Position numbers and translations under genes: made by a program
Part shown: one piece after another, positions 48,497-61,702 of the stretch
How the letters are laid out: each line of letters starts with the position of its first letter
Numbering within the stretch: position 1 is the first letter of the stretch
Source: Mustelus asterias
Lineage: Eukaryota
DNA length: 64,000 nucleotides
Direction: 5' to 3'
Assembly: GCF_964213995.1 (NCBI RefSeq)
Contig: NC_135806.1
Coordinates: 74,276,001 to 74,340,000 of the forward strand
Notes under the pieces: model-generated
Databases searched by the model: none
Seen by the model: the letters and a program-made list of their open reading frames with translations, nothing else
What the model was told of the DNA's origin: nothing

Positions 48497-51400
48497 GAAC
48501 AAAGAACAAAGAACAATACAGCACAGGAACAGGCCCTTCGGCCCTCCAAGCCCGCGCCGCTCCCTGGTCCAAACTAGACCATTCTTTTGTATCCCTCCAT
48601 TCCCACTCCATTCATATGGCTGTCTAGATAAGTCTTAAACGTTCCCAGTGTGTCCGCCTCCACCACCTTGCCTGGCAGCGCATTCCAGGCCCCCACCACC
48701 CTCTGTGTAAAATATGTCCGTCTGATATCTGTGTTAAACCTCCCCCCCTTTCTCCTTGGAAAGACGGAGAATGAGGGGAGATCTAATAGAGGTATACAAG
48801 ATTATGAAGGGTATAGATAGGGTGAACAGTGGGAAGCTTTTTCCCAGGTCGGAGGTGACGATCACGAGGGGTCACGGGCTCAAGCTGAGAGGGGCGAAGT
48901 ATAACTCAGACATCAGAGGGATGTTTTTTACACAGAGGGTGGTGGGGGCCTGGAATGCGCTGCCAAGTAGGGTGGTGGAGGCAGGCACGCTGACATCATT
49001 TAAGACTTACCTGGATAGTCACATGAGCAGCCTGGGAATGGAGGGATACAAACGATTGGTCTAGTTGGACCAAGGAGCGGCGCAGGCTTGGAGGGCCGAA
49101 GGGCCTGTTTCCTGTGCTGTACTGTTCTTTGTTCTTTGTTCACCTTGAACCTATGACCCCTCATGAACGTCACCACCGACCTGGGGAAAAGCTTCCCACC
49201 GTTCACCCTATCTATGCCTTTCATAATTTTATACACCTCTATTAAGTCTCCCCTCATCCTCCGTCTTTCCAGGGAGAACAACCCCAGTTTACCCAATCTC
49301 TCCTCATAACTAAGCCCCTCCATACCAGGTAACATCCTGGTAAACCTCCTCTGTACTCTCTCCAAAGCCTCCATGTCCTTCTGGTAGTGTGGCGACCAGA
49401 ACTGGACGCAGTATTCCAGATGCGGCCGAACCAACGTTCTATACATCTGCAACATCAGACCCCAACTTTTATACTCTATGCCCCGTCCTATAAAGGCAAG
49501 CATGCCATATGCCTTCTTCACCGCCTTCTCCACCTGTGACGTCACTTTCAAGGATCTGTGGACTTGCACACCCAGGTCCCTCTGCGTATCTACACCCTTT
49601 ATGGTTCTGCCATTTATCATATAGCTCCTCCCTACATTATTTCTACCAAAATGCATCACTTCGCATTTATCAGGATTGAACTCCATCTGCCATTTCTTTG
49701 CCCAAATTTCCAGCCTATCTATATCCTTCTGTAGCTTCTGACAATGCTCCTCACTATCTGCAAGTCCTGCCAATTTTGTGTCGTCCGCAAACTTACTGAT
49801 CACCCCAGTTCCACCTTCTTCCAGATCATTTATATAAATCACGAACAGCAGAGGTCCCAATACAGAGCCCTGCGGAACACCACTAGTCACAGGCCTCCAG
49901 CCGGAAAAAGACCCTTCCACTACCACCCTCTGTCTTCTGTGACCAAGCCAGTTCTCCACCCATCTAGCCACCTCCCCCTTTATCCCATGAGGTCCAACCT
50001 TTTTCACCAGCCTACCACGAGGGACTTTGTCAAACGCTTTACTAAAGTCCATATAGACGACATCCACGGCCCTTCCCTCGTCAACCATTTTGGTCACTTC
50101 TTCAAAAAACTCCACCAGGTTAGTGAGGCATGACCTCCCTCTCACAAAACCATGCTAACTATCGTTAATGAGTTTATTCCTTTCTAAATGCGCATACATC
50201 CTATCTCTAAGAATCTTCTCCAACAACTTCCCCACCACGGACGTCAAGCTCACCAACCTATAATTACCCGGGTTATCCTTCCTACCCTTCTTAAATAACG
50301 GGACCACATTAGCTATCCTCCAATCCTCTGGGACCTCACCTGCGTCCAGTGACGAGACAAAGATTTGCGTCAGAGGCCCAGCGATTTCATCTCTCGTCTC
50401 CCTGAGCAGCCTTGGATAGATTCCATCAGGCCCTGGGGATTTGTCAGTCTTTAAATTCTCTAACAAACCTAACACTTCCTCCTTTGTAATGGAGATTTTC
50501 TCCAACGGTTCAACACTCCCCTCCGAGACACTCCCAGTCAACACATCCCTCTCCTTTGTGAATACCGACGCAAAGTATTCATTTAGGATCTCCCCTACTT
50601 CTTTGGGCTCCAAGCATAATTCCCCACTTTTGTCCCTGAGAGGTCCGATTTTTTCCCTGACAACCCTTTTGTTCCTAACGTATGAATAAAATGCCTTGGG
50701 ATTCTCCTTAATCCTGTCTGCCAAGAACATTTCGTGACCCCTTTTTGCTCTTCTAATTCCCCGTTTGAGTTCTTTCCTACTTTCTTTGTACTCCTCCAGA
50801 GCTCCCTCCGTTTTTAGCTGCCTGGACCTACCATACGCCTCTCTTTTCTTTTTGACCAGTCCCTCAATTTCCCTGGTTATCCACGGTTCTCGAATCCCAC
50901 CCTTCCTATCCTTCTTTTTAACAGGCACATGCCTGTCCTGTAGCCCTAACAACTGTTCCTTAAAAGACTCCCACATGCCAGATGTGGATTTACCCTCAAA
51001 CAGCCTCTCCCAATCAAGAGCTGCCAATTTCTGCCTAATCCCACTAAAGTTAGCCTTCCCCCAATCCAACACCTTACCCTTGGGACACCACTCATCCTTT
51101 TCCATCACTATCCTAAAGCTAACAGAATTGTGGTCACTATTTGCCACATGTTCCCCTACCGAAACTTTGAAGACCTGACCGGGCTCATTCCCCAGTACGA
51201 GGTCCAGTATAGCCCCCTCTCTAGTCGGGCTATCTACATATTGTTCCAAAGAACCCTCCTGTACGCATTTTACAAATTCCTCCCCATTCAGAGTCCCTGC
51301 TCTCAGCGATTTCCAGTCTATACCAGGGAAATTGAAGTCTCCCACTACAACAACCCTATTTTTCCTGCACCTATCCAGTATCTCCTGACATATCCGTTCT

Positions 51401-51682
51401 TCCACTTCCCTTGGGCTGTTGGGGGGCCTGTAGTACACCCCCAACATAGTGACTGCGCCCTTCCTGTTTCTAAGCTCCACCCAGAGTGACTCGTTACACG
51501 ACCTCTCTGAATTGTCCTCCCTCTGCACCGCTGTAATATGCTCTCCAACTAATACTGCTACTCCCCCACCTCTTTTGGCCCCTCCTCTGTCTCGCCTAAA
51601 ACACTTGTACCCCGGAATATTCAGCTGCCAGTCCTGTCCCTCTTTCAACCAAGTCTCTGTCACCGCAACCACATCCAAATTC
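48497..51682 (-). mobile_element. Young CR1-clade LINE (HER1-like), 5'-truncated, near-complete ORF2 (APE endonuclease + RT)
   Basis: ORFs 50155-51732 and 49141-50145 are in one frame, separated by a single TAG (DS*HGFVRGRSC). Motifs ETWL, YRPP, GDFN, SDH, PQGSVLGP, FADD. (GTTCTTT)n 3' end at 48497. Confidence 0.95.
48751..49140 (+). mobile_element. 5'-truncated CR1/HER1 copy nested antisense inside the larger copy
   Basis: ORF2 C-terminus ERRRMRGDLIEVYKIMKG and gttctttgttctttgtt tail. It splits the host sequence ccccccctt/caccttgaacc. Confidence 0.9.
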
Positions 51683-51809
51683 CTCGTGGTTCTCTTTATG
51701 CACATAATTTGTCTTACATAACTGTTCTCCACTTACTGCATTTTGCTGGATAAATAATCTTGCTTTTATTAGAAGTCTGCTGCAATTTTGGTCACTTAAA
51801 AAAATAACT

Positions 51810-51957
51810 GGTCACAATCACCTTGCTGTGCTCAAATTGGCTGCCAAGTTTCCTACGCTATGACAGTGGCTACAGTTCAAAAAGACATCATTGGCTATGA
51901 AACGCTGGAAGGGTAGACGGTCGTGAAAGGTTCTACCTAAATGCAAGTCTTTTTCTT
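51810..51957 (+). mobile_element. Deu-SINE 3' part abutting the second CpG island
   Basis: cttgctgtgctcaaattggctgcc..tttcctac..acagtggctaca..aaatgcaagtcttt. Confidence 0.6.
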
Positions 51958-51979
51958 CCCTGACTGTTGGAGTTTTGCA

Positions 51980-52480
51980 AGCCAGTCGCGGGGAGGCGCG
52001 CTCTGCTTTGTGTCTGAGCTGTAGGGTTGGGAGTCCCGCCCTGGATTGCTGCTGATAGGGAGCGGGGTACCCAGCCTCCTCCCCTTGCCCTTCGCTCCGC
52101 CCTCCCGAGCGAGTGTAGCTGCTGTCAGTTGTAACCAGGGCTGGGAGCTGAGACTCTGGGAGCGGCAGCCACAGGATACTGCTCTCGCTGGCGGAATAGC
52201 GGCTTTCCTCTTTACCAACTGAAGCTTACTATTGCGAAAGTTCCTTCCTCTCCTCCTCCCACTCTTTACCATTGAAGCCAGGGGAGAAAAGGGCAAGACC
52301 CAACTCGTGCAACCCAAGGAAAAAGCCTAAGTTAGTCGGTGAGTTTCCATTCTCTTGTGACATTTGAGGTTTTGATCCATTTAACCGGCTCCAGCCTATG
52401 AAGTTTAACGCGGATCGGTTGTCATTCGGTTGCTTGCAGACATTTTCGTTTTCGTGCTTGCCGAAGGCTGGGAATTTGGT
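51980..52480 (+). promoter_or_regulatory. Second CpG-island promoter with a probable non-coding first exon (donor at 52338/52339) of an unidentified gene
   Basis: CpG-rich. GC boxes at 52035-52041 and 52095-52102. CG|GTGAGT donor. No ATG seen in the presumed exon and no downstream coding exon recognised in the window. Confidence 0.6.
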
Positions 52481-53567
52481 TGTCATGGTTCAAAAATAGA
52501 ATTCAGTCTTTGTCACTACAGAAGGGTAACGATAGCTGCAATCTTGAACTTCTTCCTGTCTCTGCCTAAGGCTGCACTCTGGCCGTGAACTTTACGAGCA
52601 GTGTGCCTTTGCAAAACAGGATTCTCTTTACTGAACAGCCCCTTGCCCCATTAGTGGGATACAATGAAAAGAGACCACATCTCGCTTCTGATATTCGGCT
52701 GTAGTATGCATCGCCAGCCACTTTTTAATTCATTCGTATGCGCTTGGTTTCACAAGTGAATTTGGTATAAATGTGGGAGACAATTAGACTTTTGTATTTC
52801 ATTAAGTATTCTGCCATTCTACATGAAATCCTTAGAACCATCAATTTATTTAACCTTTTATTTACACTTAATAGATTTTTCTATATTCGCAGTTTTAGTC
52901 GAAAAAAACTCTCTTCCGTGTTATGTTGGATGGGAAAACTCATTCCTTTTCTCCCTCTCCTCGCCCCCGCAAAAAAAAACATTTGAACATCCTCATTATG
53001 GATATATGCCTATTATAGAACAGAAACGTTGAGAGCAAGACAAATAAGAACCTGATTTTTGGCATGTTGAGAAATGTGATTAGCGAGATTGGCATTTGAC
53101 ATCTGTTTTTGCTGGTATCCGCTGCAGTAGAAAAGTACCATTAGCACAACTGTGGTATGGAAACCATATGAACAATTTACATTAAGGTGAATAATATGAT
53201 TAATCAAGTCTCCACGCATTGGTAAAATTGGTGAAGCACAAGTTTGCTTAAAGGTGTCTTTCTTCAGAATTTGCAACGATTATTAATTAATGTTTGTTGC
53301 CAGTCTCTGCTCCCATTTATGGATTGGGCTGAGGCAGTACCACAGAGGTGAATTCATTCAAACCCAATGGATGTATTTCTCTTGGACACTTTTTCCCCCC
53401 TCCCTTTTTCACCTGTCTGGAAGGTGCTGCCTTCTAGCTGAGGATTGGTTCCATTGTGCTGGTCATCTTGTGCCTTGCTTCAGTATACAGTTGATTTTGT
53501 AAACTTAGTTGGCATTGTCAGTTGATTTAACTTTTGATGTCATCAATCACAGCCAAGTTGATCCTGT

Positions 53568-53871
53568 GGGCGGCACAGTGGTTAGCACTGCTACCTCACA
53601 GCACCAGGGACCCGAGTTCAATTCCAGCCCTGGGTGACTGTCTGTGTGGAGTTTGCACATTCTCCCTGTGTCTGCGTGGGTTTTCTGAGTGCTCCAGTTT
53701 CCTCCCACACTCCAAAGATGTGCAGGTTAGGTTGATTGGCCATGCTAAATTGCCCCTTTGTGTCAGGTAGATTAGCAGAGTAAATATGTGGGGTAATGGG
53801 GATAGGGCCCCGGTGGGATTGCCGGTGCAGGCTCAATGGGCCAAATAGCCTCTTTCTGCAGGGATTCTATG
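53568..53871 (+). mobile_element. HE1-type SINE
   Basis: Full length. Confidence 0.9.
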
Positions 53872-54309
53872 AAAATTTCATCCTGTTTGTGTGTCTGATC
53901 AGGGGCTGGGGTCCTAGTTGATTCCAACTTCCCTGCCCTCGCCAAATAATGGTTCAGCTTATTAATACCACTACTGAAAATTCAGTTGAGGTTAGTTAAC
54001 ATTGATTTCTGTTTCTCCTGATTTTGTTTTTGCTATTTTTAGTTTAAAAGACCAGGAATAACCTTTTATAAGTATAAGAGCTAAATCAGATCAGTCGGAA
54101 TAATTAAAATGCACTGTTTGGAGGATATTTTCAGAATATTTCAAAAGAAACCTATTTGATGAGAAAATAACTTGCACTTTACAACCTCAGAGCATCAGAA
54201 ATACCTCAGACATTGTACTTTTTAAAGTGGTCACTTGTGTAGGGAAACACTGGTAGTCAATTTGCACATCAGGTCTGACAAAGTCATTATGTAAGTTAAT
54301 ACCTCATTG

Positions 54310-55295
54310 TCTCCCAAGCCTGGACAGCCTGCTTCTACCTCCTTTCCAAAATCCAATAACAGGATTGTCCTGGTAGGTCCATCATGTCAGCCTGTTCTGT
54401 CCCATTGAATCATTTCCTCCTATCTTGACTCCATCCTCTCTCTCTCCTCTTGTCTGTCCCTTCCCACCTACATCCACAATTCCTCTGATGCGCTATGTCA
54501 TAACAACAACTTCCAGTTCCCTGGTCCAAACCATCTCCTCCTCACCATGGATATCCAGTCCCTCTATACCTCCATTCCCCACCAGGATGGCCTGAGGTCT
54601 CTCCACATCTTCCTCAAACAGAGACCTGAACAATCCCCATCCACCACCACTCTCCTCTATCTGGCTGAACTGGTTCTCCCACTCAACAATTTCTCCTTTA
54701 ATTCGTCTCACTTCCTCCATGGCTATAGGACCTAGTTTTGCCTGTCTCTTTACGGGGTAAGTGGAACATTCCTTGTTCCAGTCCTACTCCAGCCCCATCT
54801 CACAACTCCTTTACCAGTACATCAATGACTGTTTCAGTGCCACTTCATGCTCTCGTCTGAACATGGAAAAATGAATCAATTTCGCTTCCAATTTCCATCT
54901 TTCTATCACTTTTGCATGGTCTCTCTCCGACACCTCCGTTCCCTTTCTTGACCTCCCTGTCTCCATTTCTGGCAGTAGACTGTCCACTAGTGTCCATTAC
55001 AAGCCTACCGATTCCCATAGCTACCTTGAAAACAGTTCTTTATGCTCCACATCCTATCAGGACTACATCCCATTCTCTCAGTTCCTTCGCCTCCATCGCA
55101 GCTGTTCTGATGATGCCACTTTCCAAAACGGCACTGCTGATATGTCTTCCTTCTTCCTTGATTGTGGTTGACCAGGCGCTCAGCCATGTCCGACCCATCT
55201 CCCACACCACTGCTCTCACCTCCGCTCCCCCGCCCTAGAATCAGTATAGGGTCCCCCTTGCCCTCACTTTTCACCTCACCAGCCTCCGCTTTCAT
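54310..55295 (+). mobile_element. Penelope-like element reverse transcriptase fragment (decayed)
   Basis: Motifs FYLLxKI..CPGR, LPTYI, TMDIQSLYTSIPHQDGL, LAELVLxLNNFSF, YKPTDSHSYL and IPFSQFLRL are typical of PLE RT. Frameshifts and deletions present. Confidence 0.85.
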
Positions 55296-55300
55296 TCACC

Positions 55301-55830
55301 TTAGAATCCCTACAGTACAGAAGGAGGACACTCAGCACATCTAACCTGCACTGACAACAATCCCACCAAGGCCCCATAACACCACCTATTTACCCTGCTA
55401 ATCTCCCTGACACTAAGGGGCAATGTAGTATGGCCAATCAACCTAACCCGCACATCTTTGGACTGTGGGAGGAAACCGGAGCACCCAAAGGTATATTGGA
55501 ATGGCCATTAAGGGGTGGCACGGTGGCACAATGGTTAACGCTGCTGCCTCACAGCACCAGGGACTCGGGTTCAATTCCAGCCTTGGTCACTATGTGGAGT
55601 TTGCACCTTCTCCCCATGTCTGCGTGGGTTTCCTCTGGGCGCTCTGGTTTCTTCCCACAGTCCAAAGATGTGCGGGTTAGGTTGATTGGTCATGCTAAAT
55701 TGACCCTAGTGTCAGTAAAATTAACAGGATAAATGTGTGGGGTTACAGGAATAGAGTATGGATGGGATTGTGGTCGGTCCAGACTTGATGGGCTGAATGG
55801 CCTCCTTCCGCACTAGGGATTCCATGATTC
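55301..55830. mobile_element. Two divergent HE1 SINEs (55301-55486 on -, 55512-55830 on +)
   Basis: Adjacent copies in opposite orientation. Confidence 0.88.
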
Positions 55831-56499
55831 TAGTGTATGGATTGCTGTTAATTGCCAAAAGCTCACCAGTCTTTCTGTATTTTTTTACTTTGCAGTTTAA
55901 AAAAAAACATGCTACTAATTATGGTCCCTACCTAATGCAAAGAAAAATGGGTTCATTGTTGGCAAGAATGTTCTACCTTTGTCAACTGTCATGTGTTTTA
56001 AAAGAAACCAGGGGTGGAAAGCACAAACAAGTTTCTGCCTTAACAGACACCTTGAAATATCCATGTTTACCAAGATTTCAAAGTGTTAATCTTATCAAAG
56101 ATAGTTGTAAGGAATCTGAAGGGAAGAAAGTTTTTTTTAAAAGGCAGTCAGTAAGCTCACATTTGTGTATTATTTCATGTTCAAAAATCTAGCAGTCTTG
56201 TCTTAATCTTGCTTGAATTAACACGTACTATGTACTTTGACCAAAGAGTAAAATGTTACCAGTAAGCACGTGGTTGAATCTGTTCTAGCATTTTGCTACA
56301 TGGTTCAGGTATCTGATTTCATTTGCATTTGATTCAAAGTCCAGTATTCAATATATTTCCCTTATTGAGAAAAGATTACTTTATTACCTTGCAGGTTTTG
56401 GCCCTGATATATGTCTATAACAGTCACTCCCCCTCAATTTCATAATGAGCAACTGTTTGTCAGGGATTCAGGAGAGACCTGGGAATCCACTCCCCATAC

Positions 56500-56950
56500 A
56501 CTGTGGCAGCAGAGTTTACAATCTAGAAGATGCACTGCAGGAGCTCAGTAAGGTTCCTTAGACAGCACCTTCCAAATCCACGACTGCTACCACCTAGAAA
56601 GACAAGGGCAGCAGAAACGTGAAAACGCCACTCCCTGGAAATTCCCCTCCACTAACGATCCTGACAGTCAGTGGGTCAAAATCCTGGAACTCCCTTCCTA
56701 ACAGCACTGTGAGTACACCCTATGGACTGTAGTGGTTCAAGAAGGCTGCTATCGTCTCGGGGGCAATTAGGAATGGGCAATAGAGCCAGAGATGCCCACA
56801 TTCCATAAATTATTAATTTGTTTAAAGTTAGGTTTCCTAAAAATAGTGGAGGGAGTGGATGTTTGTGGATGGGGTGCCAATCAAGTGGGCTGCTTTGTCC
56901 TGAATGTGGTTGAGCTTCTTGAGCGTTGTTGGAGCTGCATCATCCAGGCA
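56500..56950. mobile_element. CR1/L2-group LINE fragments in opposite orientations
   Basis: 3' part on + (56500-56810) followed by the upstream part on - (AAPTTLKKLNHIQDKAAHLIG). Confidence 0.65.
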
Positions 56951-57029
56951 ACTGAAGCAAGATGAACTATGATTCCAAGGTTTCTGCTGAATCCCTGACA
57001 ATTTCTCTGTTTGTGTGAATGACCGAAGG

Positions 57030-57310
57030 AGTGCTGCATTGTCAGACATGATGTCCTTGGTGGAGAACTTCAGTGATGGCCCTGTCTGTTCACAGGGAAG
57101 TAAATAATCTCATGACCCCAATAAGAAAATGAGCAGTGAGTGCTGATCAATATTCCTCCCTCAGCCAACACTTAAAATCTAATTAATTGGTCATTCATTT
57201 AGTTCTTAGATCTTACTGTGTGCAAATGCCAACCATGTTTGGCTACAAAACAAAGCTCATTGGATGTGAAATGAGGATGAGGTGAGGTGCTGCATAGAAT
57301 TAAGTTTTTC
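57030..57310 (+). mobile_element. Deu-SINE, degenerate
   Basis: ggagtgctgcattgtcaga..gatcttactgtgtgcaaat. Confidence 0.5.
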
Positions 57311-60300
57311 TTGTGTAGGTACTGTACCTCAAATCCAGCTGTCAGGAAACTGGGCATTTTTTTAAGCGGACCATGTAAGAATTTTAAGATTCATTAAATA
57401 ATGAAAAAACTCACTGGCTTGTCCAGGGGGTTCCTGCATTTGCGTGCTGGCACAGTCAGTAGTTATCTGCCTTGCAGTCCTATTGTTTCCAACGCTCTTG
57501 AGTGGTCAGGGTGATCCCCCAGCTTGGAAAATCTGATCTGGACACTGTTTTTAAACTGTGACCATACCACTATCCAGCTTCAGTGTAGTTGTCTTCGACT
57601 TAGATTTAACCACTGTCAAGCTTATTTAATTATACTACAGGTACTGTGAAATGCCTTGGGGACCATTTTCCAAAATCTGGCACCGTCTCAGTCCCTGGAC
57701 TGCCAGTTTACAGACTCTAACTTGCAAGGAGCACAACTGACTTATCAGGTCATTTACCACAAATGGAATACCTATCTGTACAGTGGTTCCTCCACATTGC
57801 TTGCATCATGTTTTGTGTGAGATGATTTAAATGTGAATATTGCCAGTGGAAGTTTTTGACATGCAGGGTAAATTACTTGTTCTTGCACAGCAAGTGGCAA
57901 GATATTGGTTTGTGCTCCATTCCTCCTCCAGAGTTCAGTCTCCATCCTGAGGAGGAAAACTACAGGCTAACTGCACCTGAATTGCTGTAGGATATGTCCT
58001 GCTGGCCAATTTGAATGGTGCAGATATAGACAGAGGCCTTAAAGCAGGTGGTTGCTCGCTCATTTGGTTGGAGAACCAGTGGGGGATTTTGTACTTGAAT
58101 GAATATTTTACCCCAAGCATGAACAAAATGTGAACATTTAATAAAATTATAATTTTAACTTCTTAAACATTCACATTTATGTGGGAAATATATCTTGTCA
58201 GGGTCACTCTTTATTCCAGAATGAAGTCTGCTGTTTTTAGAAGGGGAACCTATGGAAAGTAATTAAACTTTTTAATGTAAGGAAACAAGTAATATTTGCA
58301 GATGGTGAGTGGAAGGTCTGTTTGCCATTTCCTACTCAAATTTTCTGTGTTTCAGACCAGAAGCTCCAGCCGGGCAGTGCCTCATTTATACAGCTTTTCT
58401 CCAATTAGTAATCTCCCACCCAGGAGGGAGGTCGAGCAAGTACATGCTTGTAGGCTTGCCTCCTCATCATAAAATTGTTAATGCTTTTACAATGTGGCTT
58501 CAGGTTAGTGCTCGAAGTTTAATGAAATTCTGAAGACTTTTAAAATTGGATTCGGCACTACAGTGGCGTTGTATTCCATTCATTGTCAACTCCAACTTGT
58601 ACGAGACTGTATCCCTATGAGTCTAATTCCAAAACTTACCTTGTGTTGTGCCTCGACCTTAACATGCTGTAAAGCAGAAACTGCTTCGCAGAGATGCTAG
58701 ATGTGTGCTTGTACGATCCAGTACTTTTTATGCATTGCATTATTGACACTTGACAGTATTATTGACACATGGCAATAACACATTGATAGGTTGAGATGAT
58801 GACATGAACTGCCAATGCAGAGCTTGTTAAATTGCAGATTCTTCTTGATTGCAAGGTTGCCTCTTGAACTTGAGGCGTTTAACATGTATAATCTGGAATT
58901 TGGAGGCAGATGTGACTCTGCCAAGTCTTTTTTGTGAAGAGCAGCTGCTATGGCAACAACCAGTAGTTTCTTGTGATTTGAACTGAAATGATGGTTTTTT
59001 ACTGTATTTACTTTGTTTTGTTGACAACAGAAATTCCATGGATGTGATGTATTCAAATTTCACATATTACTATGCCTAGCAATTGGGTATGAAGGTACAG
59101 AATGAGGGCAAGCTTCTGAAGTGAATTTAAAAGTGGTTAAATTGAAGAATGGCTATGAATGGAGCTGCATTGACGTGTTTGATCTTAGAAAGCTTTGGAA
59201 GGTGGGTTGATAAGTAGTAGATGGGATTTAACATGAATAAAGTCATGAGACGAATGAAGGAAGATTAACAGTAGGGATTTGAACTGAATGGCCATTGCTT
59301 ACAGGGTGCAACAAAGGGGTAAGGAGCATTGGTGAATAGTTCATTTATACCAACAGCACAATGTGGACAGCAGTAAGGAAAGCAAATCAGACCTTGTATC
59401 CACAGCTAGAGAGAAAATATTCAGGCGGTAATGATGATTCAGTGCAAAGCACTGGTACAGCCATATATAACTCTATACAATTCTGATTGCCATAACAGTG
59501 CAAAGAAAGCCAGGCATTGAAGTAAAGGGTAATTAAATTGGTCCTTACCTGAGAGATCAAGACTATGTGGGAATGGTGGACGAGGCCAGAATCATTTACT
59601 CTGAAGGAGTAGATAAATTGAATCCCGATAATATGTTTGAAGTTGCCACAAATGCTACAGCTACAGATAAGGGAATCCATTTTAACCCACCCGCCAGCCA
59701 GCCACTACTTTAGTTAACTGCAATTCATAATTACATGCAAGAATGTCATTCAACTCAAGCCAATAGGGTCCTCTTTAACTATTAGGTTCTTGAGGCCTGA
59801 GTGATAGAGCAATGATAGCTTCCTTGTCAGGCAAAAATGCTAAGAATAACAGCCAAGACCAAAAATGTGGAGCTCCTCCAGGCTCCCCTCCACAAACACT
59901 TGAATGTTCCCTGCTCTGTGTTTCCAACTCTGATGGGATTCACCTCCTGGAACACTTGCCTTTTGCTGCAGGTTGTCCTCCAGAACCCTCATGGCAGCCT
60001 TTGCAATCCAATTTTAATGGCAAGGCAATCACTTTACAGCCATTCTGGTTGAGGAATCAATAGGCAGCATTTCAATGAGGCTTGTTTATTAATATTGGCT
60101 GAGCTTCCTTGCTGCAATTCCTGGTCATCTCACTTTTTTGCATGTCTGCCTGGGAATTATAATTGAAGTCTATTGGGCTCAAGTGTAAGAGAGACTGTAT
60201 GCGGGCAGTTTAGATTTAACTACTTTGCGTGTATGATGGAATTTGCTGCCCATTGAGCCAATGGAGACAAAGCATCCTGAAAACTTAAATGAGTATTATA

Positions 60301-61546
60301 AATATTTAAGGAAGTTTGTGCGATATTGGTTTTGCAACTGGGCTTGTGGACTGTGTATCCTAAACCTAGAACTTCAATGTTTGAGTGGGATTAACAGAAT
60401 GTAAACTTGGAAATTTTCTGAGTTATTTTCACTATTGTAAGTGCATGAGAAAATGTTGAAGCAGGGAGAATTTTTGGAATGGAGAATGGTAAACAATTTA
60501 ATGGAACTCGTGGGACAACTATGGTGATTTCACTTTATATTGAAGCTTCCAGTGTAATGTAAATGCAGTCACAATCCACAGTCAAAACTCAATCTGATGC
60601 CACAGTCAACAGAGTAAAATTCACCATAGGAGCTTTTGTCCGTTTCATTGTCGGATGAATTTAAATATTAACCCTCCACTTTGTCAGTGTAGAACAGACA
60701 TACTTTACACTAATGCTAATCATGTCAGCTAGGCTTATTTGTTGTCAGCCCATCATGTTTTCTCCATTAAAGTGAATCGGTAGAAATTATGCCCTGACGA
60801 ATGCAGCAGAAATCCAAGTTATTATGTAAAATTGTTTAAATAGATAAGGTTCCAGATAGTTGTGGGTGTGCAACATTCAGTACTGATTATCTTTTAAATA
60901 AGTTGTGTTAAGCAATCTAGATTGTTCCCAGCCTGATCCAGTCATGAAGCTATTGTTTGTGGAGACCAATCCCATATCAGTAACACACACAATGCACTTT
61001 TAGTCTGCAGTGCCACGGGCTACTCGGTGTGTTATTAGAGAAATGGAATTTAAATAAATGAATTTGGATTCCTTCAACACTTGATATTTTGCTGTATCTG
61101 AAAGTATACATTTGACTAGGAATAAATGTCCTTTTTGTTTTTTTTAAAAAAATGGAGAAGCAGCACTTCTTGAAAATGAATCAGTTTGTGATGTTGTCTA
61201 TGGAATAAACTTTAATCTAGGCTCGTTTCCATTTCCCATTCATGCTTCCTGTCAGTATTATTCCTGTTGAGCATTAATTGATCCCTCGTGAGATAAGTAA
61301 ATTGTTTAGTCGACCTTGACAAAAAGGAAAATGCTAAGTAACCCAAGTTTCCATTAGTGCTTATTTTCGTTTCAGAAACTTGCTCTCTTGGTAAATGAAT
61401 GAGATACCCAAGCAAATTTTGATAAGAAAGGAAACTGGAGAATCTCCTCCGGTTGGTGTTTTGGCCACCCATCCATTTGACAAGAGCATAGGTTTATTAG
61501 ATGGAACCACAAGTTAATGGAGATAGCAGTTGTAGGGCTAGGCTTA

Positions 61547-61702
61547 TCCAAAGATGTGCAGGTTAGGTTGATTGGCCATGCTAAATTGACCCTAGTGTCG
61601 GGGGATTAGCAGGGTAAATGTGTGAGGTTACGGGAATAGGGCCTGGGTAGGATTGTGGTCGGTACAGACTCGATTGGCCTCCTGTAGTATAGGGATTCTA
61701 TG
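61547..61702 (+). mobile_element. HE1 SINE 3' half
   Basis: tccaaagatgtgcaggttagg...gggattcta. Confidence 0.85.

Noticed and set aside
49000-51732. The 381-aa and 525-aa ORFs as host genes
   Set aside because: They are two halves of one CR1 ORF2. Their extreme termini come from flanking or nested sequence.
56500-56950. Twin-priming inversion
   Set aside because: The inverted upstream piece lies after the 3' tail, the wrong order for twin priming. More likely a later rearrangement or two insertions.
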